Below are positions 53,637 to 64,000 of a DNA stretch of 64,000 nt, in pieces (position 1 is the first letter of the stretch; each line of letters starts with the position of its first letter). The notes beneath the pieces are model-generated. The model did no database searches. It saw nothing but the letters and a program-made list of their open reading frames with translations, and had not been told where the DNA came from. Position numbers and translations under genes: made by a program. The stretch lies in contig NC_068985.1 in the NCBI RefSeq assembly GCF_001194135.2, positions 36,151,348 through 36,215,347 on the forward strand. Direction: 5' to 3'. Source of the stretch: Octopus bimaculoides. Taxonomy: Eukaryota.

Positions 53637-55151
53637 TATATATATATATAGATAGATAGATAGATAGATAGATATATATATAATCATCATAATCATCATT
53701 TAACATCCATTTTCTATGCTGGCCTGTGTATGTATAATACTATACCACAAGTGTGGCTGTGCAATTTAGAGGTTTGCTTTTCAACTACATAGTTTTGGGA
53801 TTTAGTTCCACTTCACAGCACCTTGAACAAGCAAATGTCTTCTACTATAGCCCCAGGCCCAAAAATGACTTGCTAGTAAATTCAGTAGACAGAAACTGAA
53901 AAGCCCATCCTGAAGTGTGTGTGTGTGTGTGTGTGTGCATTTCAGTAAATTTGATTTCTTTTGTCTTGATGTCATGCGCTAGTTGTAAATGAATCTTACA
54001 AGTAGTGTCGTTCATTTCCAATATTCTGCAGAAATATATCTAGCGATGGGGAAATATTAGCTTGCTTGGAAACAAATGTTACTAACAGGAAGGGCACGTA
54101 GCTGAAAAAAAAATCTGTCTCAATCAACTCCATCAGACCCGTGCAAGCATGGAAAGTGGATGTTAAAACAATGATCATGATGATGTACTTTTTAGTCCTC
54201 TTAAACATTGGGAACCACAGATTAAAGTCAATGACATTGCTGTAAAGTGGGTATATATAATCATGATGGAATCCTTTGCTTAATAAGCTTTCAATTCAAT
54301 ATGGATTGTATAAGACTAGGATGTGAATTGGCACATAACCAGGACTCAGTTCTAAAGGTAAGGCTGACACAGATGACTGGATTCTCTGTGAAGCTGACTA
54401 ATGAAACAGCTTAAACAGAACATTGCAAATGAAATACTACAGCTCTTCACCGATTTGAACTGTATTTATTAATTTGACTTGTTAAGCTGTAATTATTAAA
54501 ATGTGTACTATACGATGCCCATTACATATGATAGAGAGAAAGAGAGAGAGGAGGAGGGAGAGAGAAGGGGAGGGGGGAGAGAGAGAGAGAGAAGACTTAA
54601 GTTATAAACAAATGATATACAATAGCTCGTATTTCAATGATAGCTGATCAAATACTTGCTGTCATAGAATTACGAACTGCAGCTACCAGTTTAGCCTGCT
54701 AGAGTATATATATATATATACATTAACTTGATTAATGGTGAATATTTAATGAGAATACATTGTATAAAGAATACAGTTGTGAATTTCAGTATTTGTTCAT
54801 TGTGCAAGTGGTGTGTGATAGAGCATGGTATGGATGTGAAATGCTGGGATAAAATGACTGGCAACTAATCTAACTTCAAGGAAGATTAAAGGAAAGAGAG
54901 AAAAAAACTTAAGAGGTTGAAGAGGATTCCTATAAAAATAGGTAGTTACATCCCCTCAAGAAGTGCAGCTACTGTAAATGAGATTGCCATACACACACAT
55001 TAAAAACCCTAGTCAAGTAAAACCCTGCAATGACTGGCATGACTCAGGGCTCATAGCTGAAAAGAGATGCACTTGTTTTTATTGACCGTGAGAGGCAAGA
55101 TAAAACAATGTCAACTGGCAGGATTTAAACTCAAAATGTAAAGAAGACATT

Positions 55152-55370
55152 CTTATTTCTTTATTGCCCACAAGGGGCTAAACATAGTGGGGACAAACAA
55201 CGACAGACAAAGGGATTAAGTTGATTACATCGACCCCAGTGCGTGACTGGTACTTAATTTATCGACCCCGAAAGGATGAAAGGCAAAGTCAACCTCGGCG
55301 GAATTTGAACTCAGAACGTAACGGCAGACAAAATTCTGCTAGGCATTTCGCCCGGCGTGCTAACATTTCT
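55152..55370 (-). mobile_element. Young family B SINE (CpG-rich, little decay)
   Basis: catcgaccccagtgcgtgactggtacttaatttatcgaccccgaaaggatgaaaggcaaagtcaacctcggcggaatttgaactcagaacg...catttcgcccggcgtgctaac. Confidence 0.9.
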
Positions 55371-56009
55371 TCAAGGTAATCTTTGGATGAGTTAGAAGGA
55401 TTGTGTACTTTTCAGTGATTTAGCTAGAATTTTCTGAAACTAAAGCAACAATTAAACTTTTGGATTCAGCAAAAAATATCAAATACCTACAATTTTTCAT
55501 TAATTATAAAATTCAATAAAAGTTTCAATAATATTGCTTTTTTTTATGCCAGAGTTACCAAATTCTTTTAAATAGTGAATTTTATGAAACCATTGTTTTG
55601 AATCAATTTTACATAGGAAACTTCTGTTCAAAAGGATGTCATGCACATGGATAATAAAAACTAAGTGGTAGGATATATTACTGTGAAAGTCATTTTAGAA
55701 GTCATCAATTTGTTGTAGAAAGAATATGTGGGCTTGCTATCTTAAGTATAAGGAATGTTTCTAAATGAATGAAAATAATGCTAAATGTATTTGGTATGAA
55801 GTCTAGTCAATTGGTGAAGATAGATGATGAGGACTGGATAACTAAAATAGATATGCAGAAAAGGAGTAAGCAGGTATTCCTTATTGTGTACCCATCATAA
55901 AGCATGGATGCACGAGAGGCATAATGGGATCACAGACAGGCTAACAACTAAGGTAAATTCCAAATGCAGTGGTTACACTTGAGTAGCTAGCAGTAAGAGT
56001 ACAAGTGAG

Positions 56010-56600
56010 AGGAATTCCATCAAAAGCTTAGGAGTAGTTAATATCTTTTGTTACCTAAGTGATGTAATTAGCAGTGAAGATGGACACTCGCAAAGCATAA
56101 TAGCCAGAGTAAGAATGTGTCGGAAGAAGTTCAGGATGTTAATGTCTCTACTGGCAACAAAGTGATTCTTTTTCAGAATGAAAGGTAGGTTATGTAATAT
56201 TTGTGCAGCAAGACATGATCTTTGAATGCAGAGTTTCTGAAAAAGCTGGAAAGAAAAGGGGTGAAAATGCTCTGATGGATGTGTGGTGTGCATGAACAAT
56301 GGAGCACAAATAAGCTGAGAGAAGAAAAGGAACAAAAAAGAAGAATCAGATGTAGTGTACAATATATGAGACTGTGCTGGTATTGGCATGTGATGAATAT
56401 GGAGGATGCCAGCTGAATAAAGAAGTTCCAAGTACTCAGAGTGGATGGAACCTGTGGGATCTCAAGCTGTTGAACCAAATGAAGGAGAATAAAAAGGACA
56501 GTGATTTGTGACATGCTTTACTAGAGAGAGCCTGCACAGCCCATGAGCATGAAAAAACAAGATGCATAAGCTATGTTGATAGAGATTGGGATGTAAACTG
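56010..56600 (+). mobile_element. Decayed RTE LINE fragment (post-RT region)
   Basis: Parallels the 25088-25300 region (gatgtaattagcagtg..agcata.tagccagagtaagaat..gaagaagttcagg..ctactggcaacaaag), followed by a CT-rich 3' region. Confidence 0.65.
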
Positions 56601-57319
56601 TCTATATTTTGGTTTCTCCTAACTATTCTGTTCATATTGAATCTCAATATATCATTCTTCCCACTCGCTGCCTTAGACTCACCTATTACACTCTCTTCCC
56701 CAACCAATACACCTCCCTATTATCACTCAATTTCTCACACATCATGGAATGCATAACAATAGATAACATTGCATTGTATTTGTCTGTTTTCAATCCCTAC
56801 TTCTTCATAGTTAACCATAATTCTCTCTCTCCCATTACTTCATCTATCATTCATTATTGACACCTATCACCACCACTCCCTTACTATCACTCATCTTCAT
56901 AGCTATCAATTTCTCTCTCTCTCTCTCTCTCTCACACACAACACAACACTCTTCCATTCTTCATCNNNNNNNNNNNNNNNNNNNNNNNNNNNNNNNNNNN
57001 NNNNNNNNNNNNNNNNNNNNNNNNNNNNNNNNNNNNNNNNNNNNNNNNNNNNNNNNNNNNNNNNNNNNNNNNNNNNNNNNNNNNNNNNNNNNNNNNNNNN
57101 NNNNNNNNNNNNNNNNNNNNNNNNNNNNNNNNNNNNNNNNNNNNNNNNNNNNNNNNNNNNNNNNNNNNNNNNNNNNNNNNNNNNNNNNNNNNNNNNNNNN
57201 NNNNNNNNNNNNNNNNNNNNNNNNNNNNNNNNNNNNNNNNNNNNNNNNNNNNNNNNNNNNNNNNNNNNNNNNNNNNNNNNNNNNNNNNNNNNNNNNNNNN
57301 NNNNNNNNNNNNNNNNNNN

Positions 57320-57694
57320 TGTTTATATAATAAATTACGCTGTGCGTATCTATGTGTGTAACAATTTTAGAGTTCGGATTCTAGAGTTAGGGTTAGTTTT
57401 AGGGTTAGGGTTAGGGTTAACAGTCTAGTTAGGGTTAGGGTTAGGGTTAGGGGATTAATACGATATACACCGTTACAGCGCTAACTGTTTTCAACTGAAT
57501 AGACGTCAGTGATTAGTAGAAATTATCGAAATAAGACAATTTTTTTACATGAAATAAATTCGAATACAAAAATTTTTTTCTGTTCTATAACACAAAATAG
57601 ATAAGTATACGAAGTTTGAAAGTCTTTCGGTACCAAAAACACTACATAAAACATAAATGAAAACTGGTGCCCCCCCCGTTTTGAAATAGATCCC
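57320..57694. mobile_element. Unclassified, probably non-autonomous DNA element with two internal TTAGGG arrays (57387-57416, 57429-57452)
   Basis: Eight perfect TTAGGG units in CpG-retaining sequence that ends in gttttgaaatagatccc. It interrupts a CT-rich retroposon region. The other end is lost in the N-gap. Confidence 0.5.
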
Positions 57695-57814
57695 TGTTAT
57701 CTACTCTCATTTCCAGTCCTCCTCCTTCCATCATACAGTCTCCTTCCTGTCACTTTCTCTTCCCCCATCAGCCCTTTTGAATCTCTTTACCAACAATCAT
57801 CATGTAGCATTTTA

Positions 57815-57849
<35 letters not shown>

Positions 57850-60800
57850 TCTTCCACTCTCACACCTATCATCCACGCCTACCACCAAGTCATTTCTATG
57901 CTCCTCATGCTGGCCTTCTTTCCATACTTCCTTTTTGCCTGCTGGAGATGAGACAACCTTCTAATGTTGGTGAAGAAAAAACAGTCTTTTCTAAACCAAA
58001 ACAATCTCAAATGTTGCTGCCACAATAAATGTATCTAGCTACAGCAAACCTATCAAAAATTATGTAATGTACAAGTTAGATGTGATCCCAACCCATTTAG
58101 GAGGTGGCAGTAGTTCCAAATAAGAACAGAACTTAGTCTATGATGGCCTACCCAACCCATGTGAGCACAGAAAAATGAATGAAAGAATAGCGATGATAAT
58201 GATGATAAAAGAGAGGCTATAGGGCTATAGAAAATTACCATGGTATAAGTATTTCGCTATTTCACAAGGAAAAATAGCAAGAGTAATATCGATATCTCTA
58301 GAACTTAGAGAATGCTGAATGAAAAGAAATAATTACTCATTAAGTCAAATCCGTAATGCAGAAGTCATTTTACTTAACTGCTAATACTCTGGAGTATCAG
58401 ATGAGTATAAGAATATTCTATTTCCTTTTTTGCCTGGAAACACAGAGTCCTGTGGCTAGTTAAAAGTACTTTAAAATTACCCTAACTGCAAATATAAGGA
58501 AAACTAAAGAAATCACCATTATTTTACGTCCATGAATCATCATTTTACATCTACTTTCCATGTTTGCATGAGTTGGACAGGTCATCACACTCCAAGTAAA
58601 TACTAATTTGGAGTTACTGTCTTCATAGATTGGTTGAAGGACCACATCTCACTTGTACATTTTATTTTAGATTTGGTTTCTATGGCTGGATGTCATTCCT
58701 ATTATCAACCACTTTACAGGTGAGGTATTTAATCTTGGCAGAGGTTGTTATGCCCTTGACATGACAAGATTAACAGTCTTTAAGATTCTAGATTCTCACC
58801 ACTCAGATGCTAACCATTTTTAACAGTTTACACATACATCAGAAGTGGGTTCTGAAAATTCAAACACTTTTCAGAATTGTTAAAGTGCATTTTTACAGTT
58901 GGATATTCTTAACACAAATTATTTAACTGTAAAATGATAAAACTACCTAACTACTTTTACTAAAGGATTTTTTTTACAAGAAATAATTACAGTATATTAT
59001 CAGTAAAAAATTTTTCATTTTGACCATGTTTGATAATTGTATCACAATAATGACTTAGTCACTACCTAACTTGTATTGTGAAAGAAAAAGTTTAACGTAT
59101 TTATTTTGCAAGATTCTTGATGTAAAATTGTGTGTTGAAACAGATATTGTTATATTTCGGAATAGTCATTTTTTTTTTCTTTTGCCAAATAAACACACAC
59201 ACAATATATTCACCCATTCTGAATGGACTAAACAGGACAGAAGGAGACACATGGAAGAGAGAGTCACCAAAAAGATCACAGGGTGTGTAATGAAAGATTT
59301 CAGATAAAGGACACTAAAACAAGAACGATAATAAAGCTGGAGTGAAGAACAAGTATATAGTTTGTGAGCTGATTCAGCAAAAAAAAAAAAAAAGTCATCC
59401 TGAAATATGACAATAAAAGTTTAATGTTTCCAGAGATTTTTCCAACATAAAAAAAAACCCTAAAGTATTTGACGTGACTCACTGATATTTAAACATTGCT
59501 GTACATTAAAAAATGTTTACATAAAAAAAAAAGCTGTAACAATGGCATGATAAAATCACAAGAAATCTACAAAAAAATTCTTCAATTATTTTATTTGATC
59601 TCATATTTTCTATAATTAAACCTTTAATTTGTCTTTGGAAATAATCTTCAAGTTAAAAGACAAAAATTTCTCAAGTGCTTAGAATGAATTAAAATTTAGT
59701 TTACCAAATCCTTTGCTGTCAATACTCTGATCACAATCCGACAACAGTAAAACACTGTGAAAGCAACAAGAGTAAAGATTCGACACTGTTTTGCTCTATC
59801 ATTATAAGGTTCCCCATCTTGTTCTTTATCATATTCTCAATATTTATATAATGAAATATAAACTCTATAAAATAATAGTAAAGGGTCTGATACAATCAAT
59901 GTCTTAATTCATTAAAATCCAAATGAAAATTTATTATTTTATAGGGACATCTGCCACAAATAATACAAAATTCATCCCCCCAATAAACCCATAGCCATTA
60001 GCAGTATTTTTTTTTTTAAATCAGGTTCATAATAACAGCTCGTTACTCTTACTTGACTTCATTTATCTGCAGACATACAAAAAAAATGACAATGATAATG
60101 AAAGACAGAAGGAGAGAAAGAAAAAATGATTGTCTGGATTAAAGACAGATTGCATAAGATATGTCTGTTTAGTCAAATCCTAGTATGAAACTATGTAGAC
60201 CAATTGGAGGACTTTTAACAGTATTCTTTATTTATCAATGATTTCATGATATTGTTTTACAGAAGTGTAAGAAGTCTCATAGAGTAGGACACTATTATTT
60301 ACAATTAGCTGGTCTTGAGAGAAGCTATAAAATAAATAAATAAACAAACACACAAAGAAAAAAATTAATTAAATAATTCATGCAAAATATGTGCAGAATA
60401 ATGCTGATTTAGTTGTTTTGGCTCTGATGGAAAATTACAATCCAAAGTAAAAATCTATATTTAGATTAACAAGGTTACAATACAAATGAGCTTCTTCTTT
60501 CACATATACATGCCTATATACTACTACTGTTTCTATTTCCTTATGAAGCCAATAAGACATCTTTTGACATACTTTCTCCAAGATTGAATTGCAAAAGCTC
60601 CAGTAAGCAACTTTTATCTAAACGAGATCAAATATTCAAAAGGTTTAAAAAAAACCTAAATGATTGTCAATATTCATAATTGATAGATGTAGCATCAAAG
60701 AGAAGGAAAGCAGAAGCCCTTGTATTTATTCAGTTCCAAGATGTGTATTTGGCGAATCAGTGAAATGAAAGCATAAAATGAGTTAAATTAGATAAAGAAA

Positions 60801-60957
60801 GTAATCAAAATCACTATTATTAAACAAAATAAATAAAAATAATTAATTTAGGCTTTCTTGGAAGTAGAAAAGAAGACTTGTTTTAACAATGAAAAATAAC
60901 AAAAATATGGTAAACCATAATTGCATGCACACTGCAATATGCATATAGTTTGATGCC

Positions 60958-61404
60958 TCATCCAAAAAATGGAAATTTCTGAAACATAACTCGACATACT
61001 TCCACTTTTGTATCTTCATCTATGTTTTGAACTTCATAAACCACTGAATCCTGTGGAAGATCTAACTTAAGAATTTTTCTCAAAGTACTTTTTGGAATTT
61101 GTAATTCTGCTGAACGCTTCCTCATTGATAATGAAGGCGAACGAATAAGTGACTCTTGTATTGCAGTTAGATGTTCAAATCTTGTCCTTGGTCGACCACA
61201 ACGAGGTGCATCAAGAACACTACCAGTTTCAAATACTTTTTTCTCCCATTCTCTCAAGATGCGTGGTGTAGGTGAAGGCTTTCCAAAACGTTCCTGGAAC
61301 AATCGCCGAATTTCGGGTATTTTTTTATTATTAAGAACACGATCATGCATCCAAACAGCTGCAACTAATCGTTCTTCAATTGTATATGGACTTTGGTCAC
61401 TCAT
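60958..61404 (-). CDS. Intact 148-aa HTH-only protein (DUF4817-like Tc1/mariner N-terminus); candidate domesticated gene
   Basis: MSDQSPYTIEERLVAAVWMHDR...FQERFGKPSP...WEKKVFETGSVLDAPRCGRPRT...SPSLSMRKRSAELQIPKSTLRKILK is a paired-like bipartite HTH with a GRPR linker. It stops before the FSDE catalytic motif. A 3' splice site lies at 61418-61456, 13 nt upstream of the ATG. Confidence 0.8.
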   Translation of the reverse strand: MSDQSPYTIEERLVAAVWMHDRVLNNKKIPEIRRLFQERFGKPSPTPRILREWEKKVFETGSVLDAPRCGRPRTRFEHLTAIQESLIRSPSLSMRKRSAELQIPKSTLRKILKLDLPQDSVVYEVQNIDEDTKVEVCRVMFQKFPFFG

Positions 61405-61417
61405 AGTAGATTAATCC

Positions 61418-61456
61418 CTGTACAAAAATAAAAATAAAATAAAAGAAAATAATTAG
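61418..61456 (-). promoter_or_regulatory. 3' splice site: branch point CTAAT (61456-61452), pyrimidine tract, CAG (61420-61418)
   Basis: Minus strand reads ctgCTAATtattttcttttattttatttttatttttgtaCAG|ggattaatctactATG. Confidence 0.75.
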
Positions 61457-62409
61457 CAGTAATATTCAGAAATAACACTATGTCAAATCAAGTTAATATA
61501 ATTTCAATGATAACTACAAAGTTGAAAAATAGTTTATCAGTTTTACAGCTGAGTGCAAATATATCATATATGTATATAAATGTATAAACAATATTTGTTT
61601 GAGGACTGCGTTAATGACAACCTCAACACCAGATTCTCCTGTTAGCTTTGCTAACATGATAGATATATCAGATTTGTGCAACTGAATGAAAACAGGACAA
61701 GGCAACACCTGTAACTGAATGCTGTGTGATTAAGAAGTTTAATTAGCAATCATGTGGTACAAGGTTCGAATCCTACTGCATAATACTTTGAGCCACTATA
61801 CCCTTGGATTGACTAAAGCCTTGTGAATGGAATGTGAAGAATGGAGTCCGCCACTACATTCCTCCATGGCTAGATTTAATTTGCGTATACAAATTTAATC
61901 TGCGATCCATGGGACGAGCCGTTTTAGCGATGCGTCCTGCCCAAGCTCGTCGAAACGCCGGTGTTAAAACGTGGGTGGCTGATGAAGGAGAATGTTCTCT
62001 ATGTGGCTCGTGTGTTCTCGTCTACGTTTGTTTGCAATGTCCTGTACCCAGATATGCACCTATACATACAGGTGGATGTCGGTATGCACATACCTGTACG
62101 TATATATGCATATACTCATTTACTANNNNNNNNNNNNNNNNNNNNNNNNNNNNNNNNNNNNNNNNNNNNNNNNNNNNNNNNNNNNNNNNNNNNNNNNNNN
62201 NNNNNNNNNNNNNNNNNNNNNNNNNNNNNNNNNNNNNNNNNNNNNNNNNNNNNNNNNNNNNNNNNNNNNNNNNNNNNNNNNNNNNNNNNNNNNNNNNNCA
62301 CACACACACACACATATGAAATAGATGCATGTATACGTATTGCAAGAGAAAGAGAAATACTTAGCTAAAAGTAAGCTGCTGTACTTAACATTGATTACAA
62401 TCAAACTTT

Positions 62410-63200
62410 TCAACAGGATTTTTTGCTCTATGACCACATGGACACTGAGGAGGTGGCTTGTGAAAGTCATAAAAGTTATGTACAGAGCCGTTAAAAGTTA
62501 GCAGGGAGTTAACAATGTATACTGTAACAATTTTAGTAAGTAGGTAGGAGTTCATCAGGGTTCAGTTCTCAGCCACCATCACCCCATTCATCAGGCGATA
62601 ACAGAAGATTTTAACCCTTTCAATACCAACCTGGCTGAAACTGGCTCTGGCTCTGTAGTACAAATGTTTCATTTTCATAAATTTTGAATTAAAATCTTCC
62701 ACCAGACCTTAGTCACAATTTATGTTCCTACACAATTTATGTTCCTAACACTATCTTAATGATAATCAAGTTATTTTACTAGATTCTTTGTTATATTTAA
62801 AATAATTGAAAGAAACACAGAGCAACAAAAGGGTTAAGACCAGTATGGGAACTTATTTGTACTGATGACCTTGATATTATAACTAAAGTTATAAGTAAAA
62901 TTAGAAAAGAAATTCTACACATGGAAGCATAACCTGGAATCAAAAGGCCTTAAAGTTAACTTATCAATAACCAAAGTTTTAGTAAGTAGGAAAACACAAA
63001 CAGATCTCAGCTTCAACCAGGGACATCGCCTTACTTGATATGTAGAAAAGTAGAACTACCATATAGTGTATGCAATGCAAACAATGGACACACAAGTGCA
63101 GTGGTATCATAGGCAGGTTAACAGAAAAAGTAGATTTTACTTGTAGTAGATGTGCAGGAACAATAAACACTAAGAACCCACACAAAATAGATTTTCTTAA
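62410..63200 (+). mobile_element. RTE RT fragment interrupted by a piggyBac-type MITE
   Basis: VGVHQGSVLS..QAITEDF|K left of the MITE and KT..WELICTDDL...WKHNLESKGLKVNLSITKVL right of it. Same family as 25379-25831. Confidence 0.8.
62615..62833. mobile_element. piggyBac-type MITE with TTAA target duplication
   Basis: TTAA(62611-14)|cccttt...aaaggg|TTAA(62834-37). Removing it restores the RTE reading ITEDFKT. Contains an internal 17-bp tandem duplication of cacaatttatgttccta. Confidence 0.8.
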
Positions 63201-63500
63201 ATGCCCAGGAAAAACACTTTTCATACCTTGAGGATCCACCCTAAGACTTCATCACCACTATTCTATCTTTTTCAGGTCCATTCCAGTAACTCTCCTATAA
63301 TGAGAGTGGCTATGTATCTCCCCTGCAGCAAGGAACCTGTTCTACTTTGGTCTCTTCTTTCATACTTTAACCTCTCATATCCTATCATAAAGCTGTTGTT
63401 TAGTTAAAGATGGTGGGTGGCCATTCAGGAGGGTTAGATCTCTGAGGAACTGTTTGGTGTAGATGTCCTTGTCAGTCATGTTGCTGCAATTGTTGTTTAT

Positions 63501-63792
63501 ATGTACAATCTCGTTTCTCACATATGTTTCTCGAATTTGATGTTTATATCAGTGTTATTGAAGTTCCGGTATATGTTAATGGCCATTAACATACACCGGA
63601 CCTTCAATAACACTGATATAAACATCAAATTCAAGATTGTACATCCAGACAAACCCAGAACCCTCACTCTACTCAACTTCCAACTGAAGATCACAGAGGA
63701 TGGCTCCATATTTACCAAATTCTATAAAAAAGCTGCTAATAGAAAACTTTTCATCCACTACCAATCAGCCTTGCCCATCAGAGCCAAAGTCA
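63501..63792 (+). mobile_element. Penelope-like RT thumb fragment with a 5' fold-back palindrome, truncated by a family A insertion
   Basis: HRTFNNTDINIKFKIVHPDKPRTLTLLNFQLKITEDGSIFTKFYKKAANRKLFIHYQSALPIRAK matches the PLE pattern FN......IKF......L.FLD..I......T..Y.K......H..S.HP...K. Confidence 0.8.
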
Positions 63793-64000
63793 CATCATCA
63801 TCATCATCATCATCGTTTAACGTCTGCCTTCCATGCTAGCATGGGTTGGACGATTTGACTGAGGACTGGTGAAACCGGATGGCAACACCAGGCTCCAATC
63901 TAATTTGGCAGAGTTTCTACAGCTGGATGCCCTTCCTAACGCCAACCACTCAGAGAGTGTAGTGGGTGCTTTTACGTGTCACCCGCACGAAAACGGCCAC
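63793..64000 (-). mobile_element. Young family A retroposon end, runs off the window
   Basis: (cat)n cgtttaacgtctgccttccatgctagcatgggttggacgatttgactgaggactggtgaaaccggatggcaacaccaggctcc... Confidence 0.9.

Noticed and set aside
57387-57452. True chromosome end
   Set aside because: Only eight units, interrupted, with ordinary sequence on both sides.
61913-61995. Canonical hammerhead or HDV-like ribozyme
   Set aside because: CUGAUGA lies 3' of GAAAC without helix I/II pairing in any permutation I tried. For HDV, P3/L3 and the P1.1 GG are not properly placed.

Overview
AT-rich eukaryotic (animal) genomic DNA from a draft assembly. There are 13 N-gaps totalling about 5.05 kb, and microsatellites are very abundant. 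The SINE/LINE families look like those of octopus genomes; this is recognition from memory, not a database search. Host coding content is small. (1) The last two coding exons of TMEM117 lie on the + strand (456-576 and 884-1383, joined by a 307-bp GT-AG intron). (2) An intact 148-aa minus-strand ORF (61404-60958) encodes only the N-terminal helix-turn-helix region (DUF4817-like) of a Tc1/mariner-type transposase. It sits 13 nt behind a textbook 3' splice site, has no visible TIR or DDE domain, and lies in a repeat-free block. It is the best candidate for an undescribed element here: a domesticated transposase-derived DNA-binding gene. The rest is mostly transposon debris: an internally deleted mariner with both TIRs, a head-to-tail or self-nested mariner pair, Tc1 and maT-like fragments, RTE LINE fragments (one with a PHD-like finger inside the RT region), a young R4/Dong-like fragment in a (TAA)n tract, Penelope-like fragments with fold-back palindromes, piggyBac-type MITEs, an element with internal TTAGGG arrays, and several SINE families. 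No rRNA, true tRNA or CRISPR array is supported. Most long ORFs in the supplied track are artefacts of N-gaps or dinucleotide repeats.
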